A stretch of 59,421 bases of DNA from an uncultured Calditrichaceae bacterium (lineage in GTDB: Bacteria; Calditrichota; Calditrichia; Calditrichales; Calditrichaceae). The stretch spans positions 1-59,421 of the forward strand of contig CAYRJN010000001.1 of NCBI GenBank assembly GCA_964424545.1, in the 5' to 3' direction. The notes beneath the pieces were generated by a model. It worked only from the letters and a program-made list of their open reading frames with translations. It was not told the DNA's origin and made no database searches. Positions 46,653-55,770 of the stretch are shown here, piece after piece. A program made the position numbers and the translations under genes. Each line of letters starts with the position of its first letter. Position 1 is the stretch's first letter.

Positions 46653-49190
46653 ATGAGAAGTTTACAGCTTTTTAACGTAGCGCCAAAAATACCTAAGGAA
46701 TTAATCTTTTTAGAACAACTTTCGTATAGCATGTGGTGGTCGTGGCAGCCCAACGCGCTCGATTTATTTGCGCGTATTGATCCTATTTTATGGCGCAAAA
46801 GCGGTAATAATGCCCGCCGTCTGCTCAATATGGTGCCGCAGGAGCGTCTCGAAGAACTTTCAAAAAACAAAGAATATCTTAGACAGCTAAAGCGCGTTAA
46901 AGCGGATTTTGAAAACAAGGTGCTTAATTCGGCCGAAAAAAAGGACGAAGAGGTTATTGCCTATTTTTCCATGGAATACGGCATTCATCAAAGTATAAAT
47001 CTCTATTCCGGCGGTCTCGGTATCCTCTCCGGCGATCATTTAAAAGCGGCATCTGATTTGAAATTACCGATTGTGGGCGTTGGGTTGCTTTATAATCAAG
47101 GTTATTTTACACAGTTTTTCGATCATAACGGCTGGCAGCGGGAACGTTATCCCGAGAATGAGATCAATAATATGCCTCTTGTTAGGGCAATGAATAAAGA
47201 TGGCAGCGAATTATTCGTCAAAGTGCGTCTGCTCGATCGCGAAATCATTGCTTCCGTTTGGAAATTGGAAGTGGGCAATGTGGAACTTTATTTGTTAGAT
47301 ACGGAACTTCCGCAAAATCCGACGGAATTCAGGGAAATTACAAGCAGGCTTTACGGCGGTGATCGCAAAATGAGATTGGAGCAGGAGCTGCTTCTTGGAA
47401 TCGGAGGTTATCGCGCTCTTGTTCAGCTGGGATATGAACCGGCTGTCTGCCATATGAACGAAGGACATGCCGCATTCTTATCTCTGGCGCGTATACCGCA
47501 TATTATGGAAAAATATAAGCTCGATTCGGAGGCGGCCTTGGAAATTGTTTGGAGAACCAACGTTTTTACGACACATACGCCCGTGCCGGCCGGTAATGAA
47601 GCCTTCGATATTAAGTTGTTGAAACCTTATCTCGAGGCCTTGCAGGATGACATTAAACTGGATACCGAAAGAATAATACAATGGGGCCTGCCGCCGGAAA
47701 ATAAAGATATAAAAGAAATGTCCATGACTGTTTTGGGTTTCCGTATGTCTAATTATTGCAACGGCGTAAGTAAATTACACGGCGAAGTTTCGCGCCGGAT
47801 GTGGCAGCATATTTGGCCAGGACGCGCATTGGAAGAAATCCCCATGTCTCACATTACTAACGGAGTGCATATCGCCACCTGGCTGGCGCGTCGTAAAAGG
47901 ATTTTATACGACCGTTTTATGGATTTCGGCTGGCTGGAAAGCTTAAATAAAAAACGTCTGCGCGAAGCTATTGAAAATATTCCCAATGAAGAATTGTGGA
48001 TGGCGCACGAAATGTGCCGTCATACTTTAATAAAACATTCCAGAGATAATATAAAAAAGCAGGCGGGCAACAGCGCTTTTTCCCATTCGCATCTGCATGA
48101 TGTTAAATTGCTTGATCCCAATGTGTTAACGGTCGGTTTTGCCCGTCGTTTTGCTACTTATAAACGCGGAGCGCTCTTGTTGCGCAATCCCGAACGTTTT
48201 GAGGCATTGCTTACCAATCCGGAGCGTCCCGTGCAGTTTATCTTCGCCGGTAAAGCCCATCCCGCCGACGACGAAGGGAAGAAGATCATACAACAGTTAA
48301 TTCAATTTTCACGCAAACCGGAAGTTTGGGGAAAAATCATCTTTCTCGAAGGGTATGATACCTCTTTAGCGCAGGATTTGGTGCAAGGCGCAGATATTTG
48401 GTTAAATACGCCGCGTCGTCCGATGGAGGCCAGCGGAACTTCGGGAATGAAAGCCGCGGCTAACGGCGTAATCAATTGCAGTATTCTCGATGGCTGGTGG
48501 GCGGAGGCCTACACGCCGGAAAGAGGTTGGGCAATCGCCACCAACGAAAATTACGACAATGCCGAGGATGGCGACGAATATGAAGCCAATGCGCTTTTTA
48601 ATTTATTGGAGAATGAAATTATTCCCTGTTTTTATGATCGTCCCGAAGGCACTTTTCCCGTACGCTGGATTCAGAAAATGAAAGAATCGATTATCATGGC
48701 TTTGGATACTTTTTCTACTTTACGCATGGTAAACGAATATAATGAAAAGTTTTATCAACCGGCTAAACAAACTTTTGACGAATTACTGGAAAATGATTTT
48801 GAGCAGGCCAGAAAATTGGTTCAGCAGAAAAAACGATTGGTCGACAATTTTGATAAAGTTCATATTGACGCGCCCGTTGTTGAAGGAGATTTGAATAATA
48901 TTCATGTGGGGGATATATTTGAGGTGACAACCAAGGCTTATTTGAACGGACTAAGGCCGGATGAAGTGGATGTTCAAGTCTATTATGGTCAGGTGGACAG
49001 TCGTAATAAAGTGCACAACGGAAGTACGGATAATATGGAAATGGCCGAAGACCTCGGGGGAGGCGGTTATTTGTATAAATATAAATTAAAATGCGATACG
49101 ACCGGTCGTTTCGGATTGACATGTCGAATCACGCCGCACGGAATAGCCTGGAAAAACAGTAAACCCGGATTTATTTGCTGGTCCGATTAA
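46653..49190 (+). CDS. glgP: alpha-glucan phosphorylase (GT35, alpha-glucan family/DUF3417-type)
   Basis: LSYSMWWSWQP N-terminus, YSGGLGILSGDHLK, PRRPMEASGTSGMKAAANG (PLP-Lys motif), DGWW. ATG 46653 with SD ggag is preferred over GTG 46605. Confidence 0.9.
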   Translation: MRSLQLFNVAPKIPKELIFLEQLSYSMWWSWQPNALDLFARIDPILWRKSGNNARRLLNMVPQERLEELSKNKEYLRQLKRVKADFENKVLNSAEKKDEEVIAYFSMEYGIHQSINLYSGGLGILSGDHLKAASDLKLPIVGVGLLYNQGYFTQFFDHNGWQRERYPENEINNMPLVRAMNKDGSELFVKVRLLDREIIASVWKLEVGNVELYLLDTELPQNPTEFREITSRLYGGDRKMRLEQELLLGIGGYRALVQLGYEPAVCHMNEGHAAFLSLARIPHIMEKYKLDSEAALEIVWRTNVFTTHTPVPAGNEAFDIKLLKPYLEALQDDIKLDTERIIQWGLPPENKDIKEMSMTVLGFRMSNYCNGVSKLHGEVSRRMWQHIWPGRALEEIPMSHITNGVHIATWLARRKRILYDRFMDFGWLESLNKKRLREAIENIPNEELWMAHEMCRHTLIKHSRDNIKKQAGNSAFSHSHLHDVKLLDPNVLTVGFARRFATYKRGALLLRNPERFEALLTNPERPVQFIFAGKAHPADDEGKKIIQQLIQFSRKPEVWGKIIFLEGYDTSLAQDLVQGADIWLNTPRRPMEASGTSGMKAAANGVINCSILDGWWAEAYTPERGWAIATNENYDNAEDGDEYEANALFNLLENEIIPCFYDRPEGTFPVRWIQKMKESIIMALDTFSTLRMVNEYNEKFYQPAKQTFDELLENDFEQARKLVQQKKRLVDNFDKVHIDAPVVEGDLNNIHVGDIFEVTTKAYLNGLRPDEVDVQVYYGQVDSRNKVHNGSTDNMEMAEDLGGGGYLYKYKLKCDTTGRFGLTCRITPHGIAWKNSKPGFICWSD

Positions 49191-49251
49191 CGTCCGTTAA
49201 TTTAATAAATGCGGGGGAACAGAGCCGTTAAACTCATCGGGAGGATTTGAG

Positions 49252-50775
49252 ATGAATAAAGCATCTTCGGTAAAAAAACGGGATGTAAGGATATTAATTG
49301 TAACTCCTGAAATTACATACCTTCCGCAGGGAATGGGTAATATGTCTAACGTGTTGCGGGCAAAGGCCGGCGGTATGGCCGACGTATCGGCGTCGCTTGT
49401 ATCGGCTCTCTATAAACAAGGAGCGGATGTACACGTAGCATTACCTCATTATCGCAGAATGTTTAATATCGACGTCGGTCGTATGATCGACAGCGAATTA
49501 AGACTTTATATGACGCATCTTTCCAATAAACGCGTCCACCTTGCTGAAGATCGCGCCTTTTATTATCGTGATTCGGTTTATAGTAATTATGAAGAAGACA
49601 GCTTAAAATTTGCGCTGGCTTTTCAACGCGAAGTTATTAATAATATCATCCCTAAAGTAGAACCGGATATAATCCATTGTAATGATTGGATGACGGGTTT
49701 AATCCCCGCTTTTGCCCGCCGTCTCGGCATACCGAGTCTGTTTACGGTTCATAATATTCATACCCATAAATTAACGTTAGATTTCATTGAAGATCGCGGC
49801 ATAGATGCTGCGGAATTCTGGAATTACCTTTATTACGAACGTCCGCCTTATAATTACGAGGAGAGTAGAGGTACCAATCGCGTGGATTTGTTGACCAGCG
49901 GTATTTTTGCCTCCCATTATATCAATACGGTCAGCCCCACGTTTCTTAATGAGGTCGTGGAAGGACGGCATACTTTTATCCCCGATTATATCCGAGCTGA
50001 AATGAGCGCAAAAAAAAATGCTAACTGCGCAGCGGGAATCCTTAATGCCCCTGACGAAGGCCTTGATCCCGAAAAAGATCACCATATTTTATTTAATTAT
50101 AACGTCGATAATTTTGCCGAAAATAAAAAGAAGAATAAAACGGCCTTTCAACTGCGCACCGGATTGAAACAGGATGTGGAAGCGCCCATTTTCTTTTGGC
50201 CGTCGAGGTTGGATCCGGTACAAAAAGGATGTCAGCTTCTCGCCGATATTATGTACCGTGTGGTTTCCAAATATTGGGATGAAAATTTGCAGATTGCTAT
50301 TGTAGCGAACGGCAGTTATCAAAGCTCGTTTCAAGAAATCGTTCGTTTCCACGGCTTTTATGAGCGGGTTTGCGTAGTTGATTTTGATGAAATACTTTCT
50401 CACCAGGGCTATGCCGCATCGGATTTTATGTTGATGCCCTCTCTTTTTGAACCGTGCGGATTGCCGCAGATGGTGTCACAAAAATACGGCTCGCTGCCTA
50501 TTGTGCATGATACGGGCGGGCTGCATGATACGGTGGAACATCTTGATCTTGAAAATGAAAAAGGCAACGGTTTTATTTTTAAAGATTACGATTCCAATGC
50601 CCTCTTTTGGGGTATAGACGAGGCTATGAAGTTTTATAAGATGCCTGAAGAGGTGAAAAACCGACAGATCGGCAGAATTATGAAAGAAGCCAAAGCACGA
50701 TTTAATCATGATGTTACGGCGCAGCATTATATTGATATTTACGAAAGCATGTTAAAACGGCCTTTGGTTTACTAA
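49252..50775 (+). CDS. glgA: glycogen/starch synthase (GT5)
   Basis: KAGGMADVSASL (K-x-G-G motif), HCNDWMTG, PSLFEPCGLPQM, GGLHDTV. Confidence 0.88.
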   Translation: MNKASSVKKRDVRILIVTPEITYLPQGMGNMSNVLRAKAGGMADVSASLVSALYKQGADVHVALPHYRRMFNIDVGRMIDSELRLYMTHLSNKRVHLAEDRAFYYRDSVYSNYEEDSLKFALAFQREVINNIIPKVEPDIIHCNDWMTGLIPAFARRLGIPSLFTVHNIHTHKLTLDFIEDRGIDAAEFWNYLYYERPPYNYEESRGTNRVDLLTSGIFASHYINTVSPTFLNEVVEGRHTFIPDYIRAEMSAKKNANCAAGILNAPDEGLDPEKDHHILFNYNVDNFAENKKKNKTAFQLRTGLKQDVEAPIFFWPSRLDPVQKGCQLLADIMYRVVSKYWDENLQIAIVANGSYQSSFQEIVRFHGFYERVCVVDFDEILSHQGYAASDFMLMPSLFEPCGLPQMVSQKYGSLPIVHDTGGLHDTVEHLDLENEKGNGFIFKDYDSNALFWGIDEAMKFYKMPEEVKNRQIGRIMKEAKARFNHDVTAQHYIDIYESMLKRPLVY

Positions 50776-50825
50776 TACGAGAAGTTTAGCTCCGGTTGGT
50801 CCCGATAAAATGCATTAAGGTTTAT

Positions 50826-52841
50826 ATGAAAAAACGAAGAATAATTCTTAATAAAACCCGTCCCTTGTTGGATGACCCTTGGCTTGCGCCTTATAAAGCT
50901 CATATCGAATACAGGGCAAAGAATATTATCGAGGCGGAAAAGCGTTTAACCGGCGATATAATAAGTCTGGCGGATTTTGCGTCGGGACACGAATATTACG
51001 GCTTGCATTATAAAAAGGGACAATGGGTTTTTAGGGAGTGGGCGCCTAACGCTTCGGCCGTATTTATGGTGGGTGATTTTTCTTTATGGCAGGAAGTAGC
51101 GGAGTTTCAACTGCAAAGGATTAATGAAAAAGGCGATTGGGAAATTAATCTTCCCCATGATGTCATAGCGCATGGACAGTATTATCGTTTGCGCGTTCAT
51201 TGGCAGGGCGGCCGCGGCGACCGCATCCCTTCCTACGCTCGTTTTGTAGTGCAAGACTCGCAATCCCTCGTTTTTAGCGCCCAAGTTTGGCATCCCGATA
51301 ATCCGTACCGTTTCAAAAACACTGCTCCAAAATCGGATGAGCCGCTTCTGATCTATGAAACCCATGTGGGTATGGCCGGCGAAGAAGAACGCATAACATC
51401 CTTCAACGAATTTAAAAATTTTATTTTACCCAAAATTGTCCGGTCTGGATACAATACTATTCAGTTAATGGCTGTGATGAGCCACCCCTATTACGGTTCA
51501 TTCGGTTATCATGTGGCTAATTTTTTTTCCATCGCTTCTCGTTTCGGCACGCCCGACGAATTTAAAGCGCTTGTTGATGAAGCGCATGCGCTCGGTTTAC
51601 GCGTTATTATGGATTTGGTGCATTCCCACGCCGTCAAAAACGAAGTGGAAGGGATAGCGAAATTTGACGGCACGGTTTATCAATATTTCCATGACGGAGA
51701 ACGTGGACAGCATGTGGCTTGGGATTCACTCTGCTTTAATTATGCCAAACCGGAAGCGTTACATTTTCTTTTATCCAATTGCCGATTCTGGATTGATGAA
51801 TATCATGTGGACGGATTTCGTTTTGACGGCGTTACCAGCATGCTGTATAAACATCACGGATTGAATTATACATTTACATCATACGGCGATTATTTTAACG
51901 ATCGGATTGACGAAGACGCCTATACCTATTTGGCTTTGGCTAATAAAGTCATTCATGCCGTTAAAATGCAAGCTGTGACGATAGCGGAAGATGTCAGCGG
52001 TATGCCGGGATTGGGAGCGCCGACAGAAGACGGCGGCTGCGGTTTCGATTATCGTCTGGCCATGGGCGTAACCGATTACTGGTTTAAATTATTCGATAAA
52101 CCCGATGAGGAATGGCCCATAAATACACTATGGCATGAATTGACTAACCGCCGTCTCGACGAACAGGCCGTTAGCTATCTTGAATGTCATGACCAGGCAA
52201 TCGTAGGAGGACAAACGGCCATTTTTCGTATGATCGGCGAAGCGATGTATTATGCCATGTCGCTAAATTCAAATAATCTAATCGTAGAGCGAGGCGTGGC
52301 CTTACATAAAATGGCTCGGCTTGCCACGATCGCTACGGCGGCAAACGGCTATCTTAATTTTATGGGCAATGAATTCGGGCATCCCGAGTGGGTTGATTTT
52401 CCGAGGGAAGGCAATAATTGGTCTTATAAGTACGCCCGTCGTCAATGGTCATTATCGGAACGCAAGGATTTATATTATTTTTATTTGAATATGTTTGATC
52501 GCGCTATGATTCGCCTCGTTAAAGATAACAGACTTTATGACGCGCTACCCAATAAGCTGGTAGTTAACGATAACGATAAAATAATGGCTTTTGAGCGTAA
52601 CGGGTTATTTTTCTTTTTTAATTTTAATCCGACTGTTTCGTTCACCGATTATGGCATCGAGGTTTTGCCGGGAGAATATTACCTTGTTTTAAACAGCGAT
52701 TCTCCCGAGTTTGCCGGACATGACCGGATTGATGAAAATATTCCTTATATTACAATTCCTCATAAAGAAAATAATACCGTTCGAAATTTCCTTAAACTGT
52801 ACATACCCGCACGAACGGCTCTTGTATTAAAACGAAAATGA
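50826..52841 (+). CDS. glgB: 1,4-alpha-glucan branching enzyme, eukaryote/Bacteroidota-type (GH13_8-like)
   Basis: DLVHSHA, HVDGFRFDGVTSMLYKHHG (as I recall, nearly identical to the human GBE1 motif), AEDVSGMP, ECHDQ. ATG 50826 is preferred over TTG 50796. Confidence 0.88.
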   Translation: MKKRRIILNKTRPLLDDPWLAPYKAHIEYRAKNIIEAEKRLTGDIISLADFASGHEYYGLHYKKGQWVFREWAPNASAVFMVGDFSLWQEVAEFQLQRINEKGDWEINLPHDVIAHGQYYRLRVHWQGGRGDRIPSYARFVVQDSQSLVFSAQVWHPDNPYRFKNTAPKSDEPLLIYETHVGMAGEEERITSFNEFKNFILPKIVRSGYNTIQLMAVMSHPYYGSFGYHVANFFSIASRFGTPDEFKALVDEAHALGLRVIMDLVHSHAVKNEVEGIAKFDGTVYQYFHDGERGQHVAWDSLCFNYAKPEALHFLLSNCRFWIDEYHVDGFRFDGVTSMLYKHHGLNYTFTSYGDYFNDRIDEDAYTYLALANKVIHAVKMQAVTIAEDVSGMPGLGAPTEDGGCGFDYRLAMGVTDYWFKLFDKPDEEWPINTLWHELTNRRLDEQAVSYLECHDQAIVGGQTAIFRMIGEAMYYAMSLNSNNLIVERGVALHKMARLATIATAANGYLNFMGNEFGHPEWVDFPREGNNWSYKYARRQWSLSERKDLYYFYLNMFDRAMIRLVKDNRLYDALPNKLVVNDNDKIMAFERNGLFFFFNFNPTVSFTDYGIEVLPGEYYLVLNSDSPEFAGHDRIDENIPYITIPHKENNTVRNFLKLYIPARTALVLKRK

Positions 52842-52872
52842 TAATGTTTTAACGAGACCGCAATACCGCGTC

Positions 52873-52906
52873 CGCTTCTTTTATTCTGTAGAAGCGTCAT
52901 TTTTTG
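52873..52906 (+). terminator. rho-independent terminator after glgB
   Basis: cgcttct-10 nt-agaagcg followed by tcattttttg. Confidence 0.65.
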
Positions 52907-53195
52907 CCGTGTTATTTGAAAATATCTCAATGAAGAATCTTGTTTACGATTGTTTGGAACGCTGTGTATGGAACAATCAGAGCAGTGGAGATCAGGAAAT
53001 AGATATTTAGATATGAGTTTATTAAAAGATAACAAAGATCAGGAGTTGCCGCAGTTGGCGCAAGCGGGATAGCCTGCATTCCGCTACGCTCCATTTCGGC
53101 TACCCCGCTGGGTCCTGGGTTAGGAAATAATTTACACATAATTTTATACTTGACTATCGGGCGTTTTGGTGAGTTCTAATTATTAGGAGGTAAAA

Positions 53196-53519
53196 ATGAA
53201 AAAGAATGATGAAGAAGCAATATCAATCGGGAAATCTATCATTAAGCGATTTTTTGAGTATTATGAGGCTGAAGGACTTGATGACGAAACCGAATTTTTC
53301 CCTATTTTAAAAATAATAATATTGAGTATTGCCGATGGTTTTAAGAATAGTTCCCAAAACGAAGAAATTGAAAAGGAATTAAAGAATTATTCAAGAAAAC
53401 TTTATAGTTATTTGTGGCTCTTGCATGCCAGAGAAGATGAAGAAGAAATCGATGAAGAATATGAACAACGAGAAGCAATCTCTAATTTTGAGAAAATATA
53501 TAGGGAAGTGAAGGTATAA
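53196..53519 (+). CDS. hypothetical acidic protein
   Basis: ORF with strong SD (aggaggtaaaaATG). No recognisable motif. Glu/Asp-rich C-terminus. Confidence 0.55.
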   Translation: MKKNDEEAISIGKSIIKRFFEYYEAEGLDDETEFFPILKIIILSIADGFKNSSQNEEIEKELKNYSRKLYSYLWLLHAREDEEEIDEEYEQREAISNFEKIYREVKV

Positions 53520-53634
53520 GAAATTTAATCATAAAACTCGCTGCAGCCGGCCGCTTTCCGCGCTGTTTCGCTCTGCTCCATGCAGCAGGTGAGCTTGGTC
53601 GTTATATGCAGAAGAAAGGTGGTAAGCAATAGGC

Positions 53635-53910
53635 ATGAAGAAAGGCTTTGCATGGTACCGATCAGACCAATGGGAACGTCTACTTTCCGTCTCAGCGGAC
53701 AGGAAAGACCTTGAAGACGCGTACAATGAATGGGCGAAAAATGCACAGTCCCATATCGATGAATTGAAACAAGCTGGTGTCGACAATGAAAAACATGAAA
53801 TCGATGTCAATTAACTGGTAACTTGGCGCTAAGCGCAGAAACTGAAAATCGACGCCGGTTCATGATCCATGTTCATTAATCACAAACTGAGGGAGCGATA
53901 TAGCAGATAA
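53635..53910 (+). pseudogene. small conserved-hypothetical gene disrupted by three in-frame stop codons
   Basis: The reading frame MKKGFAWYRSDQWERLLSVSADRKDLEDAYNEWAKNAQSHIDELKQAGVDNEKHEIDVN*LVTWR*AQKLKIDAGS*SMFINHKLRERYSR* stays protein-like through TAA 53812, TAA 53830 and TGA 53863. The first 59-aa segment falls just below the 60-aa track cutoff. Confidence 0.6.
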
Positions 53911-54089
53911 CAAATTGCTCAAGCCGGAGAAATCCCGCGTACTTGGCGGCCAAGCTCAAACGGTGGACAGAGCGCATGTCAAGGTTCTTTGTATTTTGGA
54001 AGTTTATCAAGCGCACTCATCCCATGTGCCCTGTTCGTTATGTTTACAGTTATAAATTTCTCAATAAGTAATAAAGGAGATGTAATATA

Positions 54090-54614
54090 ATGGAAAGTCG
54101 TATTAAATTATTTCGATTATTGCTTTTGATTGCTGTGCTCTTAATATTTAATAGCTATCAAGCGCTCGCTCAAAACAAAATAAATATATTAGCCGGGGTT
54201 GGAATACCTGAATTTTTAAATGCGGGTATAAATTTTCAGCACAATCAAACACAATTTGGTATCAGGATCGGATCTTGGCCTACCGATGAAAAAATGATTT
54301 GCTTTTCAGGCGATTTATATTATCACTTTAGTGGAATATCTACGTTATCAACGAGACGCGTTTGGTATGCGAGATTCGGGTTGGTGTATCTCTTAGATGA
54401 AACGGAAACAATAATTGATAAATATGTATATTTAAATTCACGGATTGGTAGAGATTTCAATATTTCAAAAAAAATTGGGATAGAAATTGATGCGGGTCTT
54501 ATTGTCCAATTATCCCATAATGAAAAGATAAAGAAATCATCAGACTTTTGGAATATTGTTCCCAAGCCTTCTATTGTGCCCAGCATTGGAATAGCTATGT
54601 TTTATAGAATTTGA
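54090..54614 (+). CDS. small outer-membrane beta-barrel-like protein
   Basis: Signal peptide ...LIFNSYQALA-QN, alternating hydrophobic strands, aromatic C-terminus AMFYRI, and SD aaaggag. Confidence 0.6.
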   Translation: MESRIKLFRLLLLIAVLLIFNSYQALAQNKINILAGVGIPEFLNAGINFQHNQTQFGIRIGSWPTDEKMICFSGDLYYHFSGISTLSTRRVWYARFGLVYLLDETETIIDKYVYLNSRIGRDFNISKKIGIEIDAGLIVQLSHNEKIKKSSDFWNIVPKPSIVPSIGIAMFYRI

Positions 54615-54735
54615 AAGAACAAATTCGAATATTGCTTTGTAAATTAATTAATAAAGACCATAGCGAACGACATGGTGGCGCCTTTGTCCGATTTAACGGG
54701 ATAATCTAAAAGTGACAAAATGGCAAGCTTTCAGA

Positions 54736-54767
54736 CCCCCGTCCCGTCTATACGGAATCGGGAATGA
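54736..54767 (-). repeat. TCATTCCCG...GGGGG palindromic module
   Basis: The reverse complement tcattcccgattccgtatagacgggacggggg is homologous to 7213-7246 and to the reverse complement of 5566-5599. Confidence 0.7.
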
Positions 54768-54787
54768 AAGCAGTGGAGAGACTCTTT

Positions 54788-54811
54788 GTCATTCCTTCGA
54801 AAGGAGGAATC
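54788..54811 (+). repeat. GTCATTCC-hairpin-GGAATC module
   Basis: Sequence is gtcattccttcgaaaggaggaatc, with stem attcctTC/GAaggaggaat. Matches the reverse complement of 7135-7158 at 21 of 24 positions. Confidence 0.75.
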
Positions 54812-54923
54812 TAAAATATGGCCTATGTGAACGATGCATAATTTAGTAAATTACGAAATTGAGAATAATACAAAAATAAATAAAAAAATCTGAAATTTGG
54901 TATTTTTTGAAATTCCTGTACAA

Positions 54924-55583
54924 TTATTTAACGCTTTCCTTTATCGCCCTGATGGCCGTGGGGATATCATCTTGTCCGAAAACGGCGTTGCCGGCTACGA
55001 GAACATCGGCGCCTTGCGCGACGACTTCCGGAGCAGTCTGCGTGTTAATCCCTCCGTCCACTTCAAGATAAATATCTTTAGCGCATTCCGCTATCATAGC
55101 GCGCGCCGCGGCAATTTTATCCAAACCCTTGCGGATAAATTTTTGTCCACCGAAACCCGGATTGACGGTCATGATCAGCAATAAATCCAAATCACAAATA
55201 ATCTCTTCGACCATGGCGAGTGGCGTAGCCGGATTTAGCGATACGCCCGCCTTTTTACCGAGAGCGTGGATACTTTGAATAGTGCGGTGCAAGTGCGCAC
55301 AAGTTTCCGCATGCACGGTGATAATATCCGCTCCGGCTGCGGCGTAATTTTTTATGTAAAAATCGGGGTTGGAGATCATTAAATGAACGTCCAACGGCGT
55401 TTGAACAAAACGTTTTAAAGCCTTAACCATATTCGGGCCGAATGTGAGATTGGGTACAAAATGTCCGTCCATAACATCTACATGGATAAAATCAGCGCCG
55501 TTTTCCTCCGCAAGCCGCACTTGTTCTTTCAGTTTTAATAAATCCGCGGATAAGATGGACGGAGCTATGTAAACAGTTTTCAT
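54924..55583 (-). CDS. rpe: ribulose-phosphate 3-epimerase
   Basis: IAPSILSADL, HVDVMDGHFVPNLTFG, MTVNPGFGGQKF, VDGGIN. Confidence 0.93.
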   Translation of the reverse strand: MKTVYIAPSILSADLLKLKEQVRLAEENGADFIHVDVMDGHFVPNLTFGPNMVKALKRFVQTPLDVHLMISNPDFYIKNYAAAGADIITVHAETCAHLHRTIQSIHALGKKAGVSLNPATPLAMVEEIICDLDLLLIMTVNPGFGGQKFIRKGLDKIAAARAMIAECAKDIYLEVDGGINTQTAPEVVAQGADVLVAGNAVFGQDDIPTAIRAIKESVK

Positions 55584-55770
55584 ATTAATGTTCTCCGTTA
55601 CGCTAATTGTCAGGTTAATTTGGTTTACGCATAAAAATTAATTTGTCTAATTTAAAAATTTTTGTTTAATTTACAAAATGGAGAATATTTGCAACATTTT
55701 TTTCGTTACAACGTCTAACAAAAAAATAAATAAACAGGTAAGTAAATTAAGTTATGTAAGGTGGTTTTAA

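Larger units (their letters stand above)
54636..54914 (+). repeat. about 280-bp composite intergenic repeat unit, copy B
   Basis: Collinear with 5470-5773 (see that entry). Lies between the 3' ends of two convergent genes. Contains the embedded modules 54736-54767 (inverted) and 54788-54811. Confidence 0.8.

Noticed and set aside
53812-53865. The in-frame TAA/TAA/TGA codons in a protein-like frame could indicate stop-codon reassignment.
   Set aside because: All well-supported genes in the window terminate normally at TAA, TGA or TAG at the positions expected from family lengths. Pseudogenisation is therefore the simpler reading.
53028-54060. GATAACAAA-initiated GC-rich spacers could be canonical integron attC sites.
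   Set aside because: I could not pair an R''/L'' arm with a matching L'/R' (GTTRRRY) arm of symmetric spacing in any of the three spacers, and no integrase is present. The idea is kept only as a low-weight possibility inside the island finding.
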